This document shows, piece by piece, positions 49,530 to 58,782 of a DNA stretch of 64,000 nt (within the stretch, counting starts at the first letter, position 1; each line of letters begins with the position of its first letter). The notes below the pieces were generated by a model. The model made no database searches. It had not been told where the DNA came from and saw nothing but the letters and a program-made list of their open reading frames with translations. The translations under genes and the position numbers were made by a program. The stretch is from an uncultured virus (IMG/VR IMGVR_UViG_3300050131_000019) (Duplodnaviria; Heunggongvirae; Uroviricota; Caudoviricetes), in the IMG/VR virus record IMGVR_UViG_3300050131_000019, positions 1-64,000 of that record; one strand, written 5' to 3'.

Positions 49530-49721
49530 ATGAAAAAGATTTTTATACTGTGCTTCCTTGCGCTGATCCTCGCCTGTGGGATTAAGGCTAACGCTACCAC
49601 CTACTGTGTCCACTATACCAAGTGGACTATCGGTTTGGATGGAGTAGACGTGTACCTTATGGCGCAGTGCTCCGTTAATGGCATTTGGCAAGACCCTTAT
49701 GCCATCGCTCAAATCTACTAA
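49530..49721 (+). CDS. Small secreted-type protein
   Basis: MKKIFILCFLALILACGIKANA signal peptide, SD GGAG. Confidence 0.6.
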   Translation: MKKIFILCFLALILACGIKANATTYCVHYTKWTIGLDGVDVYLMAQCSVNGIWQDPYAIAQIY

Positions 49722-49731
49722 GAGGTAATAT

Positions 49732-50127
49732 ATGTCCGTTACTGCCCAAGCTGTAGGTTCCGTAAAACTCACAAATAACTTAACGGGCGCGAACTCGTTC
49801 ACAACTCCTCTTAACCTCGCTTACGCCGGGACGCTCTCCTCGTATGCTCAGGGATTTGCTATCGCTTCTACCCCCACGACAATTTCAGTTCCTAATCTGA
49901 GCGGGCAGTTTCTGTACATCAAGAACCTCGCATCGATAGCGGGGCAGAATGTTTTGGTCACCTGGACGCCACAGGGCGGCTCTACAGAGTCAGCCCTTAC
50001 TTTGTCCGCAGGAGCCTCGATCATCTTCTGTGAAAGCGATACGACAAACGGGATCACCGCCCTTTCTCTTACCGCAACAGGAACTACCACCACAGGAACC
50101 ACCGTCGAATTTCTCTTGGTAGGATAA
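49732..50127 (+). CDS. Putative virion structural protein
   Basis: Thr/Ser-rich beta protein, FLYIKNL. Confidence 0.7.
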   Translation: MSVTAQAVGSVKLTNNLTGANSFTTPLNLAYAGTLSSYAQGFAIASTPTTISVPNLSGQFLYIKNLASIAGQNVLVTWTPQGGSTESALTLSAGASIIFCESDTTNGITALSLTATGTTTTGTTVEFLLVG

Positions 50128-50129
50128 TT

Positions 50130-50744
50130 TTGGACATCCCGGTGCTCTACCTAATCCGTCACGGACAAACGAAGCCCAACGCCGCCAACCAGTTTCGTGG
50201 GGATTCCGATGTCCCTCTGACCCCAAAAGGTCGTAAAGACGCTGAGGACGTTGCCGAATTCCTAAAGGGAATCGAGCCTAGCTTTATTATATCATCGGAC
50301 AGGTCCCGAGCGATAGAAACTACGCAAATTCTTCAGAAATATTTTGATGCTCCCGTACATACGTCCCCCGAACTTCGAGCATGGGATGTGGGGGAATTTA
50401 CCGGAAAGCCCCGCAATAAAGAAAACTTGGCGGAGATTCAGAAGTATATAGATGATCCTTGTCTCACCGTTCCGGGCGGGGAATCTTTAGCAGAATTTGC
50501 ATCGCGGACTATGCCCGCGATTGATGAGTGTTTTCAACTAGCCAACTGCCACGGAGTGGGGTTCGTCGTCGCACACAGTTCGGTAATCCATCAACTGGGT
50601 TCTGATCTGTTAGGAAGCCACACGGCCCTAGTGGTAGACCCCGGTGGGGTTGTTCTGGTAGGACTATCTGGCGAGGGTTGTTCCGAAGCAGAAGCAATCT
50701 TCAAACCAATGGAAAAAGAAGAAAATTCAGAAAGTATCTCGTAA
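50130..50744 (+). CDS. Histidine phosphatase (phosphoglycerate mutase family)
   Basis: LIRHGQT, SSDRSRA, PGGES, VVAHS. Confidence 0.9.
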   Translation: MDIPVLYLIRHGQTKPNAANQFRGDSDVPLTPKGRKDAEDVAEFLKGIEPSFIISSDRSRAIETTQILQKYFDAPVHTSPELRAWDVGEFTGKPRNKENLAEIQKYIDDPCLTVPGGESLAEFASRTMPAIDECFQLANCHGVGFVVAHSSVIHQLGSDLLGSHTALVVDPGGVVLVGLSGEGCSEAEAIFKPMEKEENSESIS

Positions 50745-50784
50745 AGTAGTTCATAGTCGGTCTGACCGAATAAGGAGAAACATC

Positions 50785-51495
50785 TTGGCAAATTTTGATA
50801 CAATCGATGCACACGTAGGTGGCACAGGCCGCGAACAAATCAATGTTCTTACCCTTACCTCCGCAACTGAAACCCTTCTCTTGATGGGTACTGACACTTC
50901 CGGTACGACGGTCACCGCCGTTCTTGGAGTTCCCACAGGATCACGTACTGACGCCTCGGGACATACTCTTCTGTATGGTGCGGGTGCTCCCGTCGAGTTT
51001 AACCAGAATGGGGCAGTTAGCTCCCAGAGCAAGGGCCGCAAGGCTTCTGTGTTTACCGCGTCCCCGAATTTCTCTGTCAGTACGTTTGACTCTGGTCGTC
51101 CGTTCCGGATCAGACTTTTTGGGACCGCCTCGGTAGCCGCAGTTACTGTTACTACGGTAACTAACTCAATCGTGGTGGCAATTTATCAGGGAACTGCAAT
51201 CGTGGCTACTCGTCAGGTTTCTATCCTTACAGCGGGCGGAAGCTCTACTAGCACGACCGCTGCCGCAGTGGGTCAGTTCTTCTTGGATACCACCGTGCAG
51301 TGGGACTCGGTAAATCAGGTTCTTGGTGGCTGGTACGGCGGAAACGCTCTTAACACCCTCACCGCGTTTCACGCGCTGGGTAACGCCGTGTCGGTTACTA
51401 CGGCCAACAACCTTCAGTTCTGTGCGTCGGCTACCTTCGGTCACGCAGAGGGTGGTACGGTCACGGTTTCTGAATTCTCGATTGAACAGGTTTGA
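50785..51495 (+). CDS. Putative virion structural protein, paralog of 29690..30325
   Basis: TTG start with SD AAGGAG, shared motifs. Confidence 0.75.
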   Translation: MANFDTIDAHVGGTGREQINVLTLTSATETLLLMGTDTSGTTVTAVLGVPTGSRTDASGHTLLYGAGAPVEFNQNGAVSSQSKGRKASVFTASPNFSVSTFDSGRPFRIRLFGTASVAAVTVTTVTNSIVVAIYQGTAIVATRQVSILTAGGSSTSTTAAAVGQFFLDTTVQWDSVNQVLGGWYGGNALNTLTAFHALGNAVSVTTANNLQFCASATFGHAEGGTVTVSEFSIEQV

Positions 51496-51584
51496 TGACT
51501 TTAGTAATTACTTTTGATTACTTTAATCTGAACAGTTCTCATAAAAGAGTATCATTATACCGGAATTTGTGATATAATGGTATA

Positions 51585-52331
51585 ATGAGTAAAATTAAAG
51601 ATTTGACTAATCAAAAGTTCGGGAAGCTGACGGCAATAAAAAGAATAGGGGCTACGAAGCAGGGGGCTTCCCTGTGGTTGTGTAAATGCGACTGCGGGGA
51701 AACTTCCGAGGTTCGGGCAGCAAGCCTCCTTAACAAATCCACGCAGAGTTGTGGATGTTCTAAAGTAGAAAACGCCAAGAAGAGGATTCTTGACCTTACC
51801 GGACAAAAGTTTGGAAGACTCCTAGTAACAGGACCCACCGATAAACGAGTTACCGGAAGAATCTGTTGGGAATGCCTATGTGACTGTGGGAAAACAAAAG
51901 CAGTTATCTCTAACAACTTGGTACGAGGTATCGCTACGAGTTGCGGGTGCTATAATTTAGAACTTATACGAGGAAACAAATTTGCCTCCACTCTGGAGTC
52001 TGGGGTGAAATATCTTTTAGAAATATACAGAAGTAATGCTCAGACGAAAGACCGGAGCTTTTGCCTCTCTTTTGAGGAGTTTAAAAATTTAACCTCATCT
52101 CCGTGCCATTATTGTGGGTCTATGCCCTCAAAGGTGGCTAAAAGTAGAAAAGCCCGCATTCCATATACGTACAACGGGATAGACCGGAAAAACAACGATG
52201 TTGGGTACGAAATAGATAATTGTCTTCCCTGTTGTTCGTTCTGTAACCATGCTAAGCACATTTTATCCTATGAAGATTTCCTATCTTGGATTCAACGTTT
52301 AGTTCAATTTAACCTTCATCGAGGCAACTGA
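51585..52331 (+). CDS. HNH homing endonuclease with duplicated DLTxQKFG-CxCDCG domains
   Basis: Two DLT.QKFG.L..W.C.CDCG..SCGC repeats, then CHYCG..GIDRKNN..GY..N..CN. Confidence 0.88.
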   Translation: MSKIKDLTNQKFGKLTAIKRIGATKQGASLWLCKCDCGETSEVRAASLLNKSTQSCGCSKVENAKKRILDLTGQKFGRLLVTGPTDKRVTGRICWECLCDCGKTKAVISNNLVRGIATSCGCYNLELIRGNKFASTLESGVKYLLEIYRSNAQTKDRSFCLSFEEFKNLTSSPCHYCGSMPSKVAKSRKARIPYTYNGIDRKNNDVGYEIDNCLPCCSFCNHAKHILSYEDFLSWIQRLVQFNLHRGN

Positions 52332-52975
52332 TGACTGACGATCCGTATGTAAAGCCTTCACACAACCTTCTGTTCTCTCCCACTCTTTGTGGTAAAGAAT
52401 GCCAAGCCTGCCGCCGCGTTCTTCCATACTCAATTTTTCCGACCGATAGTTCTATCAGGGATGGAAGGGCACTTATTTGTCCAAAATGTAAAGCTACTCC
52501 AAGGCTTTCTACAGCCGAGAATGCGTCTCGGGTGCGGGAGGCCAATTTTTCTTCAGACGCAGTAAGGAAACAGCGTCGAGAGAATGAGGAAGATTTTTTG
52601 GACAGGGACCCCCGAGGCCGGGTAATGTACCTCGGGGATTTTGTTCACAAGCTTGAACAAGCCGGGGTCGTAATTATTGTGGGCGAGGCCCACTTTGCTC
52701 AAGAGGTTAGTCTGTACGTTTTTGATCTTCGGCATCCCCCCACAAACGCCTTCTATGTAGGTTGGCTCCCAACGGGGTTGATTCAAGAATTCTCCGAGTA
52801 CGAGTACAATAAGTACTCTATTCCCCAGTGGGAAACCGTTCACGGTTACCGGGGAGTTCTGAAAAATCTTATCAGCAACGGATACCTTACTGAAGATAAG
52901 TGTAGCAAAACCTTCGGGCCTTGCGATGAAAAAGTATGGGTCAAGGAAATGTTCGGGATTCGTAACAAGCAGTAA
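52331..52975 (+). CDS. Hypothetical protein with CxxC pairs
   Basis: TGATG coupling, CQAC and CPKC. Confidence 0.75.
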   Translation: MTDDPYVKPSHNLLFSPTLCGKECQACRRVLPYSIFPTDSSIRDGRALICPKCKATPRLSTAENASRVREANFSSDAVRKQRRENEEDFLDRDPRGRVMYLGDFVHKLEQAGVVIIVGEAHFAQEVSLYVFDLRHPPTNAFYVGWLPTGLIQEFSEYEYNKYSIPQWETVHGYRGVLKNLISNGYLTEDKCSKTFGPCDEKVWVKEMFGIRNKQ

Positions 52976-53101
52976 GCGAGTAAATCGCGCCAATAAGGTG
53001 TATTATATTGCACGTTAAGTGCCTTAACGTACATTATATTGCACGTTAACTGATTTGTTGTATAAGGAAACGGGGTATTCCGTTTTCCGGAAAAGAGATA
53101 T

Positions 53102-53695
53102 ATGGCTAAGGAAACTACTACAAACGTCGATACAAACGCCCCGGTTACTTTGTCCGTCGCGGACCTTCTGACGGTAATTGCTAAGATTCAGGCGGATAAT
53201 GCCGAAGCTTTGGCTAAGTCCGGGGAGCGGAACGCGGAAGTTTTGTCCTCCTCACTAGAGAAGTTGAGTCCAAGCTACAAGACTCCGGGCCAGAAGCAGA
53301 ACGAGCAGCAGCTTAAGCAGGCTTCCCGTGAGGGCGAGCTAAACAAGATTCGCATGAAGAAGCGTCAACAGCACTTCTGCGATCATGAGATTGGTCAGAC
53401 TGGTCGGAAGCGACTGGGCGAGGGCGCGTTCTTCCCCATGAAGATGGCTACCGGAGAAGTGATTGCCGTTTGCTGCTACTGCCAGAAAGTCATTTCCAGT
53501 ATCAACCCCAAGCATGAGAAGTTCTGGAAGAAGGTCGGCGGAACGATGGGCGAGGCCGGTCAGATTTCCGGGCTTAACGATCCTATCGAGGCTGCTCTCC
53601 AGAGGCTTACTGGTGACGAGCAGGATGCCGTTCGCAAGTCCCGGCTGGAGTATAGGAAGATCGTTCCTACGGAAATCGATAACTACGACGACTAA
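53102..53695 (+). CDS. Hypothetical protein
   Basis: 197-aa ORF in the late operon, CDH..CCYC. Confidence 0.75.
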   Translation: MAKETTTNVDTNAPVTLSVADLLTVIAKIQADNAEALAKSGERNAEVLSSSLEKLSPSYKTPGQKQNEQQLKQASREGELNKIRMKKRQQHFCDHEIGQTGRKRLGEGAFFPMKMATGEVIAVCCYCQKVISSINPKHEKFWKKVGGTMGEAGQISGLNDPIEAALQRLTGDEQDAVRKSRLEYRKIVPTEIDNYDD

Positions 53696-53718
53696 TACTA
53701 CAAGTAATTTGAGGTACT

Positions 53719-54453
53719 ATGCCAAGTACGATTCCGCTGTCCAAAACGATAGAGTATGCTAGACGATTCATATACAATTCCCCCCTTCTGTTTACTAATG
53801 AAGGTACGTTGGCGTTCTCTATCGCGGACGATGTTCGACAGTTTATTCTCTCTCCTCCTTTTTGCTGGAGATGGAATCGTGGAACCGTAGCTCCTATTAC
53901 CTGTCAAGCCGGTCAAACGGATTATCAGGTAAACCTCCCAGATTTTGGGTGGATCGAAAGAGCTTGGATTACCTTCCCATCAACAGGTATTGACCCTAAT
54001 CAGCCCCTCCCCACAAAAGAACTTACTGTCAATTCTACCTTGGCTCAGGAAACTGTCCAAGGCCAGCCCGCGTTCATAAGTGCATTGCTGGATGATAACA
54101 ATGGTAACATTACCTTTCGGCTTATGGGTACTCCGGATGACGAATATATTCTGAATATTATATATCAGAAAGTCCCGCCCAACTTCTCCTCGGTTACTGA
54201 TACTTGGTACCCGATCCCGGACTATCTATCCTATCTCGTACAAGCCGGTTTTCTCAGTAAGGCTTACGAATACAAGGGAGACGAACGCCTCGGTTTCTCG
54301 TGGCAGCAATTTCTTAAACAGGTAGTCGCAGCCTCGGACGGCTTGACAGAAGCCGAGAAAAATATTTTCCTCGAACCTAGAATTGCAGCAGCCCGCGAGC
54401 AGGGTGCTTTGCAGACGAGTCAGCAAGCCAGAAGCGCACGCGGAGGTGCATAG
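53719..54453 (+). CDS. Putative head-tail adaptor / tail tubular A-like protein
   Basis: PFCWRWNR, GQTDY, PDDEY..YQ, PIPD. Paralog of 58783..59877. Confidence 0.65.
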   Translation: MPSTIPLSKTIEYARRFIYNSPLLFTNEGTLAFSIADDVRQFILSPPFCWRWNRGTVAPITCQAGQTDYQVNLPDFGWIERAWITFPSTGIDPNQPLPTKELTVNSTLAQETVQGQPAFISALLDDNNGNITFRLMGTPDDEYILNIIYQKVPPNFSSVTDTWYPIPDYLSYLVQAGFLSKAYEYKGDERLGFSWQQFLKQVVAASDGLTEAEKNIFLEPRIAAAREQGALQTSQQARSARGGA

Positions 54454-54734
54454 TGTTTAAATTTATTTTCGCACATCTCGGAAATCTAGGGACTAGCTTC
54501 AAATGGTTTATGACCATGTGCCTCGGAGAAGGCGGAACGATTAGTTTTGGCCGCTCCTTGAGTGCGTTTTGGAGTCTATATTTTGCTGCTATAGACTGGA
54601 ATCTATTTGCTAAGTCAGGTCATCTAGTCGATAATGCTACGCTTTTGACACAACTTACTGTTATTACCACGAGTTACGCGATCACCAAGGCACTGAGAGC
54701 AAGCGACGGAGCGAAAGATGATCCTAAAGTTTAA
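54453..54734 (+). CDS. Small membrane protein (holin candidate)
   Basis: Two hydrophobic segments and a charged C-terminus. Confidence 0.5.
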   Translation: MFKFIFAHLGNLGTSFKWFMTMCLGEGGTISFGRSLSAFWSLYFAAIDWNLFAKSGHLVDNATLLTQLTVITTSYAITKALRASDGAKDDPKV

Positions 54735-57318
54735 GTACCTTCTTCCCCTACTGTTAGTAGCCGCCGCTTTCGGTCAGTCCGGGCAGCGGTCTGGGCAGGC
54801 TTTGCTTAAAGGTGGGGGGAATTTTGCGATCATCGCCCCCAGCGCCTCTGTGTATGTGTGCGTATATAACTCCCAGCTTGCCTGTTCTACCCAAGTAGCT
54901 ACATGGTCGGACCCCGCTCTTACTGTTCCGGTTTCTCAACCTATTATAGCAGATGTGAACGGTGTATATAGCTACTATCTCCCGAGTTCCCAGAGGGTAG
55001 TGGAAAAGGTTTGTTCTATACAGAACCAGTGTAGCTCCTACGCGGTAAGTATTCCATACGGGGCGAGCGGGTCCTCCGGAGCGGTACTTGCGGTATTCGG
55101 GAGATACGGGGCAGTTGTAGCGGGTACTGGGGATTATAGCTTCTCCCAAATATCAAGTACACTTCTTCACTCTCAGTTGCCTACTCTCCTTAGTGGGGAT
55201 ATTCCAAACAACATTTCTACCGCTGCGCAGCTAACGTCGGCTTTGGCCGCGTGCGGCTCGGCAACTTGTTCGTTAACTATCATTGGAAACATTGCAATTG
55301 CGTCCAATTTGTCAATCCCTTCTAACGTTAGCCTCACCTTTTCAGGGGGTCAGTTACTACCTGGATCAGGTGCTACAGTAACGATTCTTGGAAAGATAAC
55401 GGACACGTCTTCGCAGATATTCGGTGGTGTAGGTTCTATCGCCGGGTTGACTCTTGATCGACCTGAGTGGTTCGGAACGGGAGCAACGTGCGTAAGCGGT
55501 GCGTGCCCGTCGATTAAGACCGCCATCTCAGCGTTAGGTAGTAACGGGGGTACCGTAAGACTGGGCTACGCTTTCTACCGTAGCGGATACGAAGCGGGGA
55601 CAAACCTGACGCTTCCGAATATCACAGTTCAAGGAGTTCAAGAGCCTGCATTTAATACCGCTACCCCCACTGCTTTGGTGAACGGATCGATTATTCAAGG
55701 TACCTTCGGGGTCGCTGCGGGGGCGAATAACCTCACTATTTCCGGTGTTGGCTTTGATACTGGGTCGGCCTTCGTCTCCTCGCAGTATGGAGGTACGTCT
55801 TCAGATGCCTTCTCCATCTACGTACCCGGACAAACTACAGGTACAACCCCAATATCAAATGTCAATATTAGTAACGCAGCGTGCTTGGTCTCAAGTGCTT
55901 CGGCGTTATTCCACTGTTTCTTAGCGGAGAATGTTGTCAACTCCACGTTCCGGGATATCTCAGGATTTTATGGTGTCCACGGGATGATTATCAAGGGCGT
56001 GCACGACACGGCGGACGGACTCTATTTCCACGGTCACAACTACGACTGCTTGATTGTTAAGTCGGACGACTACGCTCCAACCAGTAATATAACAGTGAGT
56101 AATATGCACTGCAATAGCGTGATAGCCGGAGATACGGGAGGCGTAATATTGCAGGCTGAAACGGCCTCGCTAGCTAACGTGTCTTTAAGCAACTTCGCTA
56201 TTCAGGGAGCGAACTTCGGTGTTTCTACGATTGTTAGTGCATCTGGGGTCTCTAGGATATCAGTTGCAAACGGAACCGTTGACTACGGTGGGCTATCTTC
56301 TGCTCCGAGTTCTCAGATGTGTATTGGCGACTCCGGAACAGGAACCTATAATTACTCCAGCTTTACAAACATAGATTGCAATAACTACCAGTACGCCACG
56401 TACTTTCCGACCCGCATGGATGCCTCCATGATCTCAAATCTAACCTCAAATAACTCCGCACAGGGCATTTGGCTTAACGGGTCAAACACGGTTATATCTA
56501 ATGTGTTTGAGGAGGCAGACACGGGGTTCAATTCATCGCTTGTTACCTCAAGTGTAGGTGGATCGAGTATCTCTGTGCAAAATCTTACCGAGTACGGGGC
56601 TTATGGGTACTTATCTATCGTGAGCAACGGTGCGCACATTGCGTTCGGTGATTTACTGGACGGAACCGGATTATTTCTCCAGCAGACCATAGAAGTTGGA
56701 AGCCCGTACACCGTGCGTGGAGGGACCGGAGCTACTAACGACTTTACCGTACAGGATGCAACGGGAGTTTATAACAACTGGTTGGTGACAGATGCCGGAA
56801 TTGGTCATCTACGCGGTGATATGTGGGCCAACAGCTATCTAGTACAAGGGCATATAGCGATCCCTGCTACGGCTGGTGGTTATTTAGGTCCGGCAACGGG
56901 ATATGTCCAGCTTGCCCCCGCTCCTTCGGGTGCTGGCTGTCTCTACCAAAACGGCGCTAGTACCTATTCATGGGCTACGTGCGGCGGTGTTACGCCGCTG
57001 GCGACTCCCGCCTCGGCCATTACAATTTCTCTCCCCCACGGGTACGGAGTTTGTACCGGGACCTGTACTGTAACGCTACCCGCCCCAACAACAGCGGGGG
57101 ATGACTTCTGTCTGTGGAACGACGTGGGAGTAAGTACTGCAATTACAATTTCAGGACATACAGGTGTTTTCTTTTCTCAAACTGATTTAAGTGCTTACGG
57201 GACAACGGGCGGTACCTTTACTGCCACGGCAGCGGCGGGGAACAAAGTTTGCATGGTGGCAAGGGATACAACGCACTGGATTCCGCTATCCTATGCAGGA
57301 ACTTGGACGGCCAATTAG
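54718..57318 (+). CDS. Tailspike-like beta-helix protein with signal peptide
   Basis: N-terminal domain shared with 39587..44158, VLAVFGRYGAV motif, beta-helix repeats. Confidence 0.8.
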   Translation: MILKFKYLLPLLLVAAAFGQSGQRSGQALLKGGGNFAIIAPSASVYVCVYNSQLACSTQVATWSDPALTVPVSQPIIADVNGVYSYYLPSSQRVVEKVCSIQNQCSSYAVSIPYGASGSSGAVLAVFGRYGAVVAGTGDYSFSQISSTLLHSQLPTLLSGDIPNNISTAAQLTSALAACGSATCSLTIIGNIAIASNLSIPSNVSLTFSGGQLLPGSGATVTILGKITDTSSQIFGGVGSIAGLTLDRPEWFGTGATCVSGACPSIKTAISALGSNGGTVRLGYAFYRSGYEAGTNLTLPNITVQGVQEPAFNTATPTALVNGSIIQGTFGVAAGANNLTISGVGFDTGSAFVSSQYGGTSSDAFSIYVPGQTTGTTPISNVNISNAACLVSSASALFHCFLAENVVNSTFRDISGFYGVHGMIIKGVHDTADGLYFHGHNYDCLIVKSDDYAPTSNITVSNMHCNSVIAGDTGGVILQAETASLANVSLSNFAIQGANFGVSTIVSASGVSRISVANGTVDYGGLSSAPSSQMCIGDSGTGTYNYSSFTNIDCNNYQYATYFPTRMDASMISNLTSNNSAQGIWLNGSNTVISNVFEEADTGFNSSLVTSSVGGSSISVQNLTEYGAYGYLSIVSNGAHIAFGDLLDGTGLFLQQTIEVGSPYTVRGGTGATNDFTVQDATGVYNNWLVTDAGIGHLRGDMWANSYLVQGHIAIPATAGGYLGPATGYVQLAPAPSGAGCLYQNGASTYSWATCGGVTPLATPASAITISLPHGYGVCTGTCTVTLPAPTTAGDDFCLWNDVGVSTAITISGHTGVFFSQTDLSAYGTTGGTFTATAAAGNKVCMVARDTTHWIPLSYAGTWTAN

Positions 57319-58400
57319 TGAGATATTCTCTCATACTCCTCGTTCTTCTTTGGATTCCTGGATGCTCTTGGCCCCAGATTCCTGGGGGGCTGATAGGGGG
57401 GATCACTCCGGTATCTTCGAATATTTTTTCCCCCGCTGCGGGACATTACAGCACTGCGCAGAGTGTAACGATCACTGCTCCAGCCGGAACCACTTGTTAC
57501 TACACCACAGACGGTAGCACTCCAAATATTGCTTCTACCCCCTATACAACTCCAATTACTGTTTCAGCAAACACAACCCTGAGTGCCGTATGCGCTGATG
57601 TTGTTAAGAGCTACACGAACGTTCAAGCTGACTCGACGCAGGATACCGGCACTAGCAGGGGTTGGAAGTGTATCACCGCGAGCGGCCTGCCTTCACCTTG
57701 CTATTCCGGTGGAGGCGTGGTGGGAACAATCTCGGCGGAATCGCAGACCTATGGTAGTACGGGGGTCGAGTCAGCTTCGACGACGGCGAGCACAGGCGAA
57801 AATCAACTCCTAGTCGTTTACACACAGTTAGGAGCGGGTGGCCTAGCGTCCGTGCTCGCAGAAGACAAAATCATTCAACCCTCGCAAGGTTCAACATACG
57901 TCGCTAATCAAGAAGCTGATATGAATTTGAACGACTCTACACAGTCTCCTCCCCGGTATCATGCAGGAGGTCTTCAGTGTAACCAGCAGTCGGGATCGCT
58001 TCAATGGCAGATTGATAATCAGCAGGGAAGTTGGCAAAACATCTCACCGCCCATTACATTCGGGTGCCCGTTATCTACCACTCAGGCTACCGAAATCAAA
58101 TACTCTATGCACTGGACAAACGGAGATACGGGGTGTGGCGGGTATGGATGTGATAGTTATGATGTACTAAGTATCTGTGTTGGGGGAACGTGTAACAACT
58201 ACTCTCTTGGAAGAACACTTGAGGCATACACGGAGACCTGGGGCGACATCATGATTATTCAGGATCAGACAGACTTGACTAATACAACGCAGTCTGGTGC
58301 AAATCCAACTACTTCTACGCGCACCATCACGCAGGATAACATGGCTGCGGGCATTTACTCAACAATGGTTACAGCTACCGCAGGATATACGATTCCATGA
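57318..58400 (+). CDS. Secreted-type protein with CHB_HEX_C / Fn3-associated domain
   Basis: GTG start overlapping the upstream TAG. FSPAAGHYSTAQSVTIT..YYTTDGSTP..YTTPITVS. Confidence 0.75.
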   Translation: MRYSLILLVLLWIPGCSWPQIPGGLIGGITPVSSNIFSPAAGHYSTAQSVTITAPAGTTCYYTTDGSTPNIASTPYTTPITVSANTTLSAVCADVVKSYTNVQADSTQDTGTSRGWKCITASGLPSPCYSGGGVVGTISAESQTYGSTGVESASTTASTGENQLLVVYTQLGAGGLASVLAEDKIIQPSQGSTYVANQEADMNLNDSTQSPPRYHAGGLQCNQQSGSLQWQIDNQQGSWQNISPPITFGCPLSTTQATEIKYSMHWTNGDTGCGGYGCDSYDVLSICVGGTCNNYSLGRTLEAYTETWGDIMIIQDQTDLTNTTQSGANPTTSTRTITQDNMAAGIYSTMVTATAGYTIP

Positions 58401-58660
58401 TACGCGCCCTAGCAATCTTACTGCTCTCGATAAGTATTCCTAGTCACCAGTCTGCTCCTGTAGCTAGTCTAGTCCAGCCTCCTTCATATCCGCATAATCT
58501 TACACTCTATAATCCGAAGGGTGAGCAGGTTATAACCTGTCAAATCGTGGATAACGGAGACACCATCAAAGACTGCAAGATTCGGGATGGGTTCACCTTG
58601 GACGATGTAATGACATCATGGGCCGATGCTTATAAGGACTTGGAAGGCAAAAAACAGTGA
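58397..58660 (+). CDS. Small secreted-type protein
   Basis: Hydrophobic N-terminus. C..I..C..LDD motif shared with the ORF ending at 27812. Confidence 0.65.
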   Translation: MIRALAILLLSISIPSHQSAPVASLVQPPSYPHNLTLYNPKGEQVITCQIVDNGDTIKDCKIRDGFTLDDVMTSWADAYKDLEGKKQ

Positions 58661-58782
58661 CTCTCGACGTGTTTGTATTTGCGGTTGGACTTATTGGCGG
58701 CCTTTTGCTCGCGGGTGTCTTACTCGAAATGTTCTTCACGAAGTTGCTCCAAAAATATTTATAAGAAAGCAGAGGAGACCCC

